Shown one piece after another: positions 45,281 to 59,804 of a stretch of 64,000 nt of DNA. The stretch comes from the human T2T-CHM13v2.0 reference genome, Homo sapiens. A program made the position numbers and the translations under genes. The notes under the pieces were generated by a model. That model had not been told where the DNA came from, ran no database searches, and saw only the letters and a list, made by a program, of their open reading frames with translations. The DNA lies in assembly GCF_009914755.1 (NCBI RefSeq), contig NC_060934.1; one strand, written 5' to 3'. Numbering within the stretch: position 1 is the first letter of the stretch; every line of letters starts with the position of its first letter.

Positions 45281-46618
45281 CTAAATTGTCCTCTGAAATC
45301 TCCATAGTTTAATTTCCAGTTGGTCCTATTCTATCATTGATGTTTAAAATAAAATCCAAGAATGCTCATTCGCCAAACTAACTTCTTAGCAGTCTTTTTC
45401 CTCAGCCATGACATCAAAATGAACACAGATATGTTTCAGGGGATGATCTGGGAGGCTTGTCATTTTCTCTGTCTGCTGGCTGAATGTAAATGCTAGCCTA
45501 AATACTACTAACTCAGGGCTAGGGCCTCCAGAGCAGGAGAACACTCTATTCCCCTGGCTATAGTGACTCTACTTGCCCATGTAATACTCCCTTCTACTCC
45601 ACAACTGTCCTGCAGCAATCTAGACTGAGCAATTTACTATCACTGGCTGCTTTAAGAAGGGTTGCCCAAATAAATATGATGGCGCATGTCTGGAGAGAAG
45701 TGCCATTAAGCACATGCCATTTGTGGTTGGTCACTTCTCAGCTCAGCCTTACCCTAGCCCACCCTCACGTATTCAGTAATGAACACCTATTTCTTCTGGG
45801 CTCATTAGGAAATAGTTTGAACATGTTACATCTCTATGTTTCAGGTGTTTCTTGATGCTCATTTTCAGATTCAGTATATAAGATTCTTACAGAATTAAGT
45901 CCTCATCATTTGTCCTCATGCCAAGAGGGATTGTATGTGTAAAATTAGGTGCAGTTCTGAATCTGAGGCTGTTAACACACACACACAAAATTGATTTTGG
46001 CATTCAGGCAGAGAGCTAAATTCTTATATTTACTAAATTTTTCAGGAATGTGCTTGTTGCTAAAAACTACTTGGTAAATTATTAAAAATAAAATTTAATT
46101 TTGTATTCTTCCCTTAACTGAAAAGCCATGTTCTTAATCTTCTTGATGCATTTAGGTAGACAAAAAATTCAGACCTGGAGATTTCATTCTGGATTATAGA
46201 TACATGTTGAGCCTTGTCAAACATACACATTCTTTTAAAATGAAAATGTTGTACTTTATAAAACTGTATTAAAATTTCAAGTTGGAGCAATATCTAATTT
46301 TAGACAGGTTATTGTAGGGTTATTGTTGATGGATAGTTTGTAGTCAGATGGCATGACAGTGGAAAGATTGGGGAACAAGATATAGATTTGACAGTCATTA
46401 GAAATTGTAGCAATTCAAGCTGTCAGTAACAGGACAAGAGCTAGGTCAAGGCAGTGATTATAAAGAGATAATCACTAGAAACTTTGTCTATAATTGAGGA
46501 ATGGTAATTGGAATGGAAACAGCCACTGACCAAGAAGGCTGAGAATGAAAGCAAAGTGAAGAGAACAGTATTTTTCCCTTGAACGATAAGAAAAATTAAA
46601 TGTTAAATTTGGACTCAC

Positions 46619-46753
46619 TTTTTCACATAATGGTATAAGCTCATCCTCAAAAAGGTCTCGGGGAAGTTTTCCAATAAAAATTTCACAGCCCCTTTCAGGG
46701 GGTGCAGCATCCCAACCAGGTGGAGGGCCACCATATTTTCTTTGTCCATTTTC
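46619..46753 (-). CDS. A1CF: A1CF coding exon [12 protein letters not shown]...LIPLCEK (start of RRM1, RNP2 IFIGKL)
   Basis: ttgcag| acceptor, AAA|gtgagt donor, 135 nt; seen in ORF 46475..46759. Confidence 0.97.
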
Positions 46754-48208
46754 CTGCAAATCCAGGGCAGGTGTGAAGGAGAGGAGAAAATGATCAAGAC
46801 TTTAATTCAATTTCCCTGAGTATTTTTCAAAATAATTTCACATTAATGAATGTATTTATCATTGACAAGTAATAATAGTGGACTGGTTAAAGGAGAAAAA
46901 TTAAAGCTTTTTATGTGGATTATAGTACCACACTCTGTGCTTCAGCAGCTTGCTTGAGATAAACATTGTGAAAACTTGTAAACTGCTAGGCAAATATTTT
47001 TTTTTTCTTTTTTAATTTCATTGAGTAAGAACACTTAAGAGATCTATCTTCTTACCACATTAAAGAGTAAATAGATCAGGGTAATTAGTATATCCATCAT
47101 CTCAAACATTTATCATTTCTTTGTGTTGGGAACACAAGGAATAGCCTTCTTCTAGCTATTTACAACTACATATTAATAATATATTATTGTTAACCGTAGT
47201 CATCCTGCAGTGCTATAGAACAATAGAACTTACTCTGACTGAGGCAGAAGGATCCCTTGAGCCCAAGAGTTCACTACTAACTTCTACAACTAATATTTTA
47301 AGAAGTTTCATGCTATAAAATGATACAAGTTGTGGAAAAAACACAGTGACATGTAAAGTAAAAAGAAAAATTCTCCAATGTATCACTGTACCATCCTTAG
47401 AAGTAGTTACTGTCAAAAATTTCATAGGCCTTTTCAAATATTTTTCTATGTATATTTTTAAAAGACATATGTTAGTTGTTTAAATACACTGCTTTGTATG
47501 ACTGTTGTTTAAAATTGAAGTAAAGCAGCTTGTAGTGTCCCTGTTAAATCTTCATATACACCAACTTGAGTCTTTCTCAATTATATTTTGTAAGTGTTAG
47601 CACAAAGGCTCTTTGGATCACAGTATTTAATTCATATCTGTGGTGTCTGTGGGTCATGATCACACATTATTTCTAATAATTCATACCACGTTTTTTAAAA
47701 ATAATAACTTAAAAAGATATCATATGAGTCTTCTACTTTGCCTGGATTACTTTTTTTGTTTCAAACAACTGAGTATTTTTAAAATCTAATTGAATATTTA
47801 AATTTTTGCCTAGAGAGTTCCTGTACTTTTTTCTTACCCTAATATTCTTGTCCATTAGTAAAACTTTGATATCACTGAGAAATCTGAGAAATTGAAATAC
47901 TTATGCTTATAGAAAAAAACCCCAAAACCTTGGTAATTTAGTGGTTTATATCTCAACCAAGAATTACCTTAAAAATGTGCAATTGACATTTTCAGAGACA
48001 TTAATGAGTTTTATTTATTTACTTCTTTTCAAACAAATACCTATATAGCATTTACTATATGTCAGATACTGCTCTGTCATTACTTAATGTCATGGGTTAA
48101 GGACAGTTATTATCCCATTTACATAAGGTATCAAAGCCCAGATAAATTAATTTGCCAAGGTCACATGGTTGGGAAGTGGAGAAGCCAGAATTTGAACCCA
48201 GGCAGTCA

Positions 48209-48658
<450 letters not shown>

Positions 48659-48714
48659 TTAAAATCCTTTCAATTTCCGATCATTTTATTACATAAAATA
48701 TTTGGAAGAACATA

Positions 48715-49021
48715 TCTCATATTTCTAACCCCAAAATCCAAAATTCAAAACTTTTCAGTGCCAACATGATGCCACAAGTAGAAAATTCCACACCTGACCT
48801 CATGTGATGGGTATACGAAATCGTTAAAAGCATTGTATAAAATTACCTTCAAGCTATGTGTATAAGGTATATATGAATTATAAGTGTATTCTGTGTTTAT
48901 ACTTTGGGTCCCAACTCCAAGATATCTTTATAATGTATATGCAAAAATTCTAAAATTAAAAACGTCTGAAATCCAAAATACTTCTGGTCCTAAGCATTTT
49001 GGATAAAAGATACTCAACCTG
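48715..49021 (-). mobile_element. Tigger4b/MER46-like TcMar DNA transposon
   Basis: Minus strand begins caggttgagtatc...aaaatgcttaggaccagaagt. Confidence 0.75.
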
Positions 49022-52000
49022 AATTGCCAAATTACCATCCTTCTCCCTGGGCAAACTCTTTCCATTTCGGTGATAATGATGCTTCTGAGCCCATTTTTAT
49101 GTATCTTTGATGTCTGTAACATTCAACAGATTATAAGTTTACTATACATTGGGTGGTGTTTTTACCCTTCAAGTTGAGGAAACCAAACTTTAATCTCATA
49201 ATAGTAAAATGGTAATTCCAGAAATTCTGCTTTGAATAGCTTTGATAGTTTGAAAATAAATAGGCAACCAGCAGATTGACCTGTTTAAATATATCTTCAA
49301 CTTTCTTGATTGCTATAATTGCTAAAAATGCCATCCAACTATTTATGCATATGATGCATGTAGGAAGATTTACCTGCTTACAATCTGAAATAACTGGGCA
49401 AGAAAGCATATTAATTGTCTTTCTTTGTTTTTTATAAACACTTGAAAAAAAATCCAAAGAATATTTTTTGAGACTGTAAAGAGTCTGGCCAGTTCAGGGA
49501 TGCCCTGTAGTTCACTCAGTAGGGGAGATTTGCTCTGTGAGCCACCCGCTGGTCTTGGAATGTACCAGTAATGGAAGTTCAGATCAATTTAAGACAGGCA
49601 ATGGGCATTAGTCATGGGGTTAGAATAGCTGTCCATTACTCAGAAAGGACAGTTGGGCTCTGGGTTGCTAATATGTCAGGTACTATTTTCATAGTTGAGG
49701 AGTTTAAAATAGATAAAGCCCAGTTATAACTGCTCTTTTCTCTCCTAGCTGATGTCTTCCTCAAGGGAAGCATTCTCCCCAGCAGCACAAATGTATTAAT
49801 AGTTCAGACTAAAAGAATATAGATTTTTGTTTTTCATGAGAGAATGTTTATTAAACTCTGGAAACTTTTATTTTTCCAAAGACTTACAAACCGTTGTCTC
49901 TCTAGAGTCATATACAAATAGGTGGAAAGTCTTCACCTATGTAAATTAACAATTGAGGACACAATTCTAACTATAAATCCAGTGGCTTTAATTTACATAT
50001 TGGATGCTGAGCCTACCCAGTTACTCAGTTTATATGTCAAGAGTACTTGGAAATTTCCTCCTATCACAGATATTTCAAGTCCTTCATGATGAAGCCATTG
50101 AGTCTTCAAGAGATTTTGTCTACCATCTTCTTGACCTTGGATAAAAGCCACAAAACCTTCCTCAATAAATCATTCTAAGCAGTAAGTCTTAGCATGAAGA
50201 TTGAATGAACTGAGTTAATTTTGGCCACTGAGCGTTTGAACTTGTTATATACCTGGGGAATCTGGGCAAAAATTGCCTTCTCCTATAGAACTTAAAAATG
50301 ACAGATACTTGATTTTTCTAGCCTTCCTTGCAGCTGGGGCCATCATGGTTATTGGAAAATCATGGTTTCCTTTACTAAACCATGGACAATCATGGTTTCC
50401 CTTACTAAAATTGAGTTCTGATGCAAAAGCCACAAATGGTGCAAACTTTAATGTTGAGCATTCTGTGATGGCAGATAACATTTCCTTATCATGACAATTA
50501 TGTGATGTGGTTTTGGGTTTTGTTCTTAAAAGCTTACCCTTGAATTGGATTCTCCACATCTAAAGTTTCTGTGAACCAGTACCCTTTTAATAAACTCTTT
50601 TATACTTAGCCAGTCAGAGTTAGCTTCTGTTACTTGCACATGACAGTAATGACAGCAAAAAACAACAACTATCTCCAATTGAATTAGGTATTTTTCTGAG
50701 TGCTTTACATTTATTTAATCTTCTCAACAAATCTATGAGGATGCTACTACTATTACTTCCATTTTATAGGCAAGGAATCCAAGGCATAAAATATGTCCAA
50801 ATTCATACAAGCAGTAAACAGCAGAGAAAAAATATGAAGACGCTTGTAGTTCCATTATCTTTCCTTCATTTTTACATTAACACAATATACTAACTTTATA
50901 GATGAGGAAACTAAGTCCAGAGATACATAACTTGTCTAATATCACACTGGTTTAATTTATTGTAGAAAAGACTAGAATAAAGGTCCTATCATTCTCAATT
51001 TGGTGAACTTTATGGCATATATAGTACTCAAAAATTGTGATGATTATTCTTCTCAGGCTTATCAGCCTCATAAATCCTCATGTTGTGTGTTACATTTATT
51101 TTCCTGCTCAACTTCACCAATCATGGACACCAGATGGTTATTGTTTCCCATAAATGAGCCCATTCATAACCGGAAGGACATTAATTAATGAACCCTCATT
51201 CAGCCTGTTTTTTCCTGAGTAGTAATTTCAGTTTCTTTAATGGCTCTTTGGAAAGTTCATATTTCAAGTTTGTAATCGTCTTTGTGGTTCTCTTTGATTC
51301 TTTGTTTCTTTTTCTCCCCTCTCTCTAAGAGGGAAGAAACTGTGTATTTTTCATAACTAAACTTGTTTCAGATGTTTTCCTGTACATTTTCCAATTGACC
51401 AGGTTAGTATTTATTCCTGCTCCTGTTCCCTTGGGTCCTAGCCAAATCTACCCTTGCTTAGTAGCATTTCAAGATTTTACCAGCTTGCCAGTCACCAGGA
51501 CCATACCCAGAACAGTGGTTCTGTGATCGGACTCCTGTGCATGGTTCTTAAAGTTGACAACAAGGCATGGAGGACATCACTCTTGACTGTGTCACTTGTG
51601 TTTCATGAGTCTATACTGTATTTTCCTAGTTGTTGATTTGTGAAATTGAATAAAAGTATTTATTAGACATTATTTCTATTGTATTCCACCTATATACTAG
51701 ATCCTTCATTATGTGATAGATAGTTTAAGGAAAGTCTATGGGGCCATAAAAGGTACCAACAGGATCCTCTTCAATGTGATTTTACCTTTGGTCTCTTCTA
51801 AAGTTTTTGTTGCCTGAGAACAACACACAGTGCTGCAGGGAATATTCATTTCTAAATTGTATATAAAATAATTATCTATTTTGTATAGTTTGTTCACCTT
51901 CACATCTTGTTAAAATCAGTGACTTCATGTTGGTAAAATCTGTTTTTAGACTGGAATTTAGAAAGCAGAATTTATTTGGCTTAATATACTGTAGAAGTTG

Positions 52001-52401
52001 GCATTATTTCTATTGGCTATTTTTCTACAATTTTTACAAGATGTATGCAACTTGAATGCCAGATATAATGTTCCTAAAGTAGGAAGAATAATAAAAATTG
52101 TGTATAAAGACTAAATGAGTTGTTGAAATTTTGTGGAAATGTAGATTAGAAACAAAGACAGGAAAAGCTACGATATGAACATTATCAAATATTAATTTAG
52201 CTTTATCATCATATAGCCTAGTGTTTCTCAAAATATGTGAGGATGATATTAGATGGTTTATAGGTCAGTATTTCTTATTTTAATAATTATGCATTTATTT
52301 TAATGTACATTAGAAAAAGTATAATTAGCACACAAAACCTGTGGGTTTCTTACATATGTGAGAAAAAGTTTGCTTTTAACATAAACGACTAAAAATAGTG
52401 A

Positions 52402-52642
<241 letters not shown>

Positions 52643-53127
52643 GATTTAATGAATTCTAAATAAATAATATTGGTGGCATGTATCTATGGCAAAAATCATG
52701 AAGAAAGATGCAAATGGCTCTTGGCTCTTGACTTTCATTTATTGGTTTCACTTTTTACAAAGCCCTGACATTTTATCTTTAAAAAATGTATGATATGGTT
52801 CTTCTAAGGAAACAACTATGAGTAAATTATGAGTCACCTTCCTGTTTCACTTTGGAAGATTGACCATTGAAAGTCTATTTCCAAGGAAATTAATCCCAAT
52901 TTCACTTGAAGTTGTTAACTATCTTATGGAAGCAGAAGTAATTTATGTTTTCAAGTTGATGCATTTAATAATATCTTTTAATAATTTCCCTTTATGTTTA
53001 AGGATTATTCAGTATCAACGTTTGAAGCATTCAAAAGCAAATAGGCTTTTTTAAATGATGTGTTTTGCAAAGCTTTTTATAATGTAAGATTTTGGTCATT
53101 CATAAGAATATTGAATTTGAAAATAGA

Positions 53128-53242
53128 CAAAATTAGAAAACAGAAAACATTTTGTCAGTGTTTTTCAAAATTACAAAACAGAAAACTTATTCGAGTGTTT
53201 TTCAAAATTAGAAAACAAAAAGCATTTGTGTGTGTGTGTGTG
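53128..53242. repeat. 37-38 bp tandem repeat (about 2.7 copies) followed by (TG)8
   Basis: Units start caaaatta at 53128, 53166 and 53203. Confidence 0.85.
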
Positions 53243-53298
53243 TTTCTGTAAAAGAGAACGAGTAAAATGCCAACTCACTTCTAAGACCCTCTGCTTAC

Positions 53299-53421
53299 CT
53301 TTTCCAGCAAAGTTTGCAAAATGATGGACTGCAAAGCATTATTTCCTTTTTTGAGGCCAGGAATTGCTGTGCTCATGCTCGCTTCTGGCTCTGGGCATGT
53401 GCCCAGACACACTGCTTCCAT
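53299..53421 (-). CDS. A1CF: A1CF alternative N-terminal exon, CDS part (MEAVCLGTCPEPEASMSTAIPGLKKGNNALQSIILQTLLEK); exon probably 53299-53441
   Basis: 41 open codons from ATG 53421 to donor AAG|gtaagc, phase 0, in frame with ENGQRK of the next exon; matches my recollection of the alternative A1CF N-terminus; acceptor position uncertain (several AGs). Confidence 0.85.
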
Positions 53422-54701
53422 CTATAGGAACCTCTAAATTCCTTTCAAGAAGTAATTAGGTGACAGCTTTAGTCATTCCTTAATCCGTTTGGAGCTTTTA
53501 TCCTTAAAGAATGTGTAATTTATTCAATAGGCCCATCTAACTTTTTTGTTTACTTACAATTTGCCTTTTTGAATTAACTATTATTATGGCCGCTAGATCT
53601 GATTAAGTTATGCAAAACTTCCCATGTGCAGATAAAGACATAATAAAGAACATTTGGTTTGGGTAATTGCTCTTCTATCTTTTCCTAGTTCAACATATGC
53701 CAAACATAATCCCATCCAATGCACCGGGTTTGAGGCATGTAAGGAATTTTGTATAATCATTCTTCTCCTTACAACACTCTTGTGAATTTTAATTTCTGAC
53801 AAGCTGAGGGACTTGGCAAGGCACTAAATCTATTCTGACTTTAATTATTTCATCTATGAAGGAGTAGGAGGGTTGACTAGGTGATTGCAGTAGTCCTGTA
53901 GGGGTGTGAGGGTGCTTGTAAAAGGAAGGCTGACTTTGATATCATGTTTAATGGAGGAAAATGTTCATAGGATGTTTTGTGAGTTAGTCAATTGGAGCCT
54001 TAAGAGGATATTGTAATTTTAAAAATCAGTGTATCTTCAATTCCATGTCCAATTGACATCTATTCTGTTAATTACCTAATGACTTTATGCATTGATTCAC
54101 TTTGTTACTTAAATAAGCTTATATCAAAAAGAAAATATATTGTTCTTATAAGTGGAATATCAGTATCATTTCCCATAAATGGTCGGTGATTATAAAAACA
54201 ATTGCAAACAAGGGAAATCATGGTCAACTTCTACATAGACACTGTCTACTAAAAGCTCTGCACTCTAGTTCTGCTCTCGGGACTTAAAAAGGTTAGCAGG
54301 GCCTGAAGAGGTGTTTAAATCATACCTCCAACAACTAACTTTCCTCACCTGGAAGCCTGAGAGAGAACTGAAAGTGGAATAATTCTCTCTATATGGGATT
54401 GGATGTTATTTAATGATGTGGACAATGTGCCATTTAACATCATCTTGGTTCCCTGCTCAGCACTTCTTTAACAATGTTACAAAGGATCACAGCTGCTGAA
54501 ATCCTATACAAATTCATGATTGCAAGGAACTGTGATCTCAATAATTTCTTCTTTGCCTAGCTTGTTTGAAAGCTGTCTTTTGCATCTCATAATGCTAAGC
54601 TTTCAGGTTCTGAAGATGAAGAGTCACTTAATTTTAGTTGCCAATCAGTACTCACAAATGAATAGCACTTTAAGAAAAAGTGTGAATTTGTCAGCGTGCG
54701 C

Positions 54702-54714
54702 AGTCCAAAGTCCA
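54702..54714 (+). promoter_or_regulatory. HNF4-type DR1 site AGTCCA-A-AGTCCA
   Basis: Contains the HNF4-preferred CAAAGTCCA core; motif match only. Confidence 0.5.
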
Positions 54715-56373
54715 CAAGACCTGCTCATGCTTCTGCATATTTGGGTCATGAGGTCACACCAATTTTTAAGCTGATAAAATAGAAAAAGTCTGTGCTTCTA
54801 GCTTAAGGGAAAGCACTACCTTGTGTCGTTTATGAAGATTTTGAATCTTATATCAAACACTTCATATATAGTCAACACCCTATGAGGCTATTCGAGGAGA
54901 AATTCATTGCTATTTGGAAATAATAGCTTCTGGAACATATCTGTGTTCCTTGGGATAATGAAGTTCCCACAAATGTTGGGCACACACCCCCTCCACAAAG
55001 GGATTCACAGAACTGCTCCTTCATTTGGAGTCTTTCACACCACGCTATGGCATCTCTGGCTAGTAGAAGTAAGACTGCTTCTGAGCTTTAAAATAAAGTT
55101 GGCCTGTGGGTGGCTGGGGTGATAAGCTTAGGGAAGCATGAGCCTGTGATAATCTACTGGTCCCATCCTGTTCTAATGCTTATTGCTACCTATTTAAAGA
55201 ATTGGTATCCGTGCACTTGGTGAATGACCTAAGTCCTTGGATAGCAGGGATGTGAGCAGGTGGTGAAAACAGGCAATAGAGGAAAAAGTAGGACCCAGGA
55301 GCTATATTTTGCCATGAAGTCAAATTCCTATTTCTGTCCCTAGGATTTTTTGTGCAGTGGTTGAAAAAGAATGTCAATGCCACAGTGTTTTTCCATCTGC
55401 TCCTCTCGGAGCCAGTCTAGATGAAGCCAATTAGTAAACCTGAGACCCTCAGGTTATTTTTATTGTATTATTTATAGGAAAAAATGCCATTTGAGGAACA
55501 TTCAATTAAAATTACCTAAGTACATTATCTCAAACCGGAAAGATGGAGAGTTAGCTTAATTTGGGGCACTCTTAGAAGAGGAACGGTATTCTAATTAGAC
55601 TTGATCTAGCTCCATTCTTTGTACCTGATGGCTTGTATTTGCTGAAGAACTGAACAAATTAGAATCAAAACATGTGATTTCATTGAAATTCCATACAAGA
55701 GAGAATGCATATAAAGGAAAGTGTGAGGGGTGGGAATTGAATACTGTATTTTGTTCCTAGTTTGAGGAGATTGTTCCCAGGACACCAGGTTCATGGCTGA
55801 TTAACAGAGGAAGGGAAAGATGAAATCCACCGACTTATCTGCTGTAATCTCACTAGATCTTTGAAAGTAAGACACATTAATGTCTTCACTACCCAAAAGT
55901 GTTCTGCATTGTATAAATATTTTGTTTAAGGAGTACTGCCTGTGTGCTCCATCTCCCAGGGATACTTGGCTCCTTGCAGAGTTTGTTTGCTCTCATCTGG
56001 TAAGTCTTAGCTTCAATGTAATTTTTCCTAAAGAAGGTCACCTGGCTTTGACTTTTACACAGCCTGGTTTATCACATTCTTGACACTTACCATGATCTGT
56101 AATTACTTTGCTTGTTTCTTTATCTGTTAATTTTCTATCTTTTCTATGAGACTAATCTTCATAAAGGTAGAAACATGTCTCTCTTTGTGGTGGAATCAAG
56201 AAATGAATTAATACATGAACGAGTGAGGGCCCAGTGCTTGAGGTGGTGTGAATGGGCAGCACAAGAAGGGATGCACCTACTTCTTTTAAGGGAGATTAAA
56301 TACTAAATTAAAGAATTTTCTTTAAAAACTAGATTCGCTTCTAATATAGAGCAGTAGGCTAAGGAATCGAGTT

Positions 56374-56539
56374 GGAGTCAGCAATTTTTTTTTTTTTTGT
56401 AAAAGGCCAAATAGTTGATATTTTAGGCTTTTTTTTTAAAAAAATGCTTAAAATGTAAAAAAAAAATCATATCTTGCAATTACTACATAAACAAGCTGTA
56501 GCCACATTTGGTTCATGGGGCATAGTTTGTTGACCCCTG
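56374..56539 (+). mobile_element. MER58-like hAT MITE
   Basis: gtaaaaggccaaatagttgatattttaggc...catagtttgttgacccctg. Confidence 0.75.
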
Positions 56540-59500
56540 ATTAATAATTGTGTAATTCTGGGGCTTATTTTCTAACTGCAGAACAAAAGGATTGGACTAT
56601 ATCAATATTAAACAAATTTCATGTATATGTAGAATTAGAAAGAATAGTCTAGTGAACCTAGGGACCTATCACCCAAATTTAATAATAAAGTTTTTTTCCA
56701 TGATTTTTTTCTTTTCTTTTTTTTAACTCCTGACTGACCCTTAGAAATCTTTTCTACCTTATGAGATTTTTTCCTTGTGATAAAAACGATCTGCATTTAT
56801 TATAGAAAATTTAGAAAATGAAGAAGAGCATCAGGCAAGAAAAACTTAGAGATTATACTTTGTTATTTTACAATATTCTTTACTGTATGTGAATAATTTT
56901 TTAAAATATTCTTCACAAATTTATATGTAGCCTTCAGATTTTTAACTAAATGTTAAAATTGAATACTTCTCCATGTCTTTGAAAATTCTTTGAAATCATA
57001 ATTTTATATTACTGTATAATTTGAAAATATAAGAATGATCATAATTTGCCTGACCATTAATATTACATTGGATATTTAGGATATGTTTAAGTTTAAATTT
57101 CTAAAAAATTATACATTTCACTATAATAACATCATTATGTCTAAATATTTGTCCTCATTCCTCAGGTCAAAGAGCATTGTCAATTTTAAGGCTCTATATA
57201 GAAAATGCTGATCTTTTTGGTACCCACAGCTGTATTGCTCATTTGAGGCTGCCTTATGTTGTTGTAAATTTTAGATACATTCTTTTTCATTTCACCCACT
57301 TTATATGAACTTTAGGTCAGGCACTGCATTTTTATACTCTATAATCCCGAGACCCAGCACTAATACATTTTTCTCAATAATAGGGACTAAGGAAGCAAAA
57401 CAGAAGAACAAAACAAAACAAAACAAAAAATATTGATGTTTATTTAGGATGATCATTGGTTTACGAAAGCAAGGGGACTATCACACCTCAGAAAAATTGA
57501 TTGTGCTGTAATGATTTTTAGAAAACAGACTACCAATAGGATAACTAGATAAACAAAGCTAATACACACCACATTTTAAATTTTATATATATTAGATATA
57601 ATGAGTCTATTTTTAAAAAATTAAGACTACCTGAGGGTGATTTTTATTAAATATATATTTAGGTTTAGTTGCAATAGAATTAAACTTGATGTCAACAGAC
57701 ACCACGTTGGGTGGAAGTGTATATTTTTCTGAATATGCTCACATATGAGAATATATTTTTCTAGTTCTAAGGAGAAAATTTCAGGTGAGAGGAGCATCAC
57801 ATATCATAGTTTATGACCCACATCATTAATGCATTCTTGAGGAAAGACTCATCATAATGTAATTTTTTTTGTCTTTAGCTATCAAAGAAGTATATGCTAG
57901 CTTTCGAAATCAGGAAGTACAGTTAAGAATAAAAAAGTAGAGAAAAGAATCCCCACACATAATTCCATTACACAGAGACAAAGACTGTTCACATGTTAAT
58001 ACTGCAGCACACTTCCTTACAAAATATTTTTATAAGGCATAATACAATTATGAAGCTTAAAGTTTAACTTAGTAATATTATACAATTTTCAACAAGAGTA
58101 TGTATTAAATACATACTATATGTGGGGTACTACATTATATCTCTTTTTTCTCTACAGTACTTTGATAAAAACTTCAGTCATCAATATCCAAAGATGTTTG
58201 ATTATTTTAAAAAGATCACAAAGCATATTTCCAAACCCTTAGAAGCAGGCATTATTGCATCAGTTGCTACATAAAAGCCTGGGTCACGTTATTAAGTAAC
58301 TCACAAAATTCTATTTTTGATAGCTGTATTTGTCCTGCTAGTGATAAGAGAGCACAAATTCATCACCCTCTGTTTTTTGAATTCTTGTTCTGTAAATATT
58401 CAACATTCAATATCAGAGACTGCAAAGATACAGCAAAAGTAAATCCTTCAAACCCTAATCTATAAAATTCTAAACTATCATTTTATGGGTATGCTGCTTG
58501 GATTGTATTAGGATGTTTCTTTATCTTAATTTTTGTACAAAAACTTTTTTAAAAAGTAAACTTGATGTTCTTAATGTTGCCTTTCTTTCTTTCTTTTTGG
58601 ATAATCATATTGATCTTTTGTATAATCCAGAGTAGGAAGGCTGAAGTATTAGTAAGACTAAAGGATTTTCCCTAAGTTACAAAGAGTTTGAAGTTGTGTT
58701 TCTACATATTTAGGCTACCCTTTCGACCAAATAGTCCAGTGTGCTAACCAGTGACTAGATTCAGAAGATACTAGAATCACAAAAATCATGGACAAATAGT
58801 TGGGTATTGCGTACCTGATCTTCCAGGAGATTATGGCCTGGAGATGTTAAGGGACTTTTTAAAGATCATACAACTCATATGTCATAGGGACTAGATTAGA
58901 TTACAGGCCTTCTGATTTAAAGTCTTGGATAATTTTCCACACTCTGTAGCCAAAATCAGGAGGGATTCTTTAATTCATTCAAAATGATTGAGTTATATAG
59001 GTATTTACATTTTGATTAGAGGCCTTAGGTATAGATAACTAGCTTTTGGAACATTAAGCTTCTACATTATTGAAGCACTTCTGATTCAACAGTCATGCTG
59101 CTAGTCAATATTACTTAAAGTGAATCATGTTACAAAGTTTATGTTCCAAAAAAATGTTTGTCACATGCTCTAGGATGCTGATCTCTAAAATTGCAATCTT
59201 AAAAGTCACATTATAACAACTCTCAGTTTTCTGAGTCTAACCAAAAATTTTGGCCAATAACAACAGAATCTTAATCTCACAAGTTATCTAAACTGTCTGT
59301 GCCTTGTTTTCTTCATCAGGAAATTGGGGATAAACATAGTAGCTATCACACAGTGTATAGTAAGGACTAGATGAGTTAATATACACAAAGCAGATAGAAT
59401 ATTTTTTGTTATTATTATTATTACAATTAACTTGTGGTCTAGGTCCTTATTATAAGCATTTTCTGAATATCATTTAATAGATAAGATCAAAGTAAAATAA

Positions 59501-59804
59501 AGATTGGCCATATATTTTAGGAGTATTTTATATGTTAACATTTTCAATTATACATATCATTATTTTCTCTATCAGATAAATGTCCTTAAATCATAACATT
59601 TGACCTTACAATGGAGCAAAATTTTTAAATGGAGTAAGATTATCTCCATTGTTATTTGGGTCTCTTTTCAAAAAAATTATTTGAAAGGTTTCTTCATAGC
59701 TTTAACAATAATGTGTTACAATTGTCCTTCAGATTTTTTTATATGATTACTGTTAGTTACTGAATACTATTTCATCTGTGACAGGATTTTAAGACGGAAT
59801 TGGA

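Noticed and set aside
53128-53227. 37-38 bp repeats as a CRISPR-like array
   Set aside because: Head-to-tail with no unique spacers, in a mammalian intron, no cas genes
57164-57176. Second DR1-like motif AGGTCAAAGAGCA
   Set aside because: Degenerate second half-site within what looks like decayed L1 sequence; such matches are common
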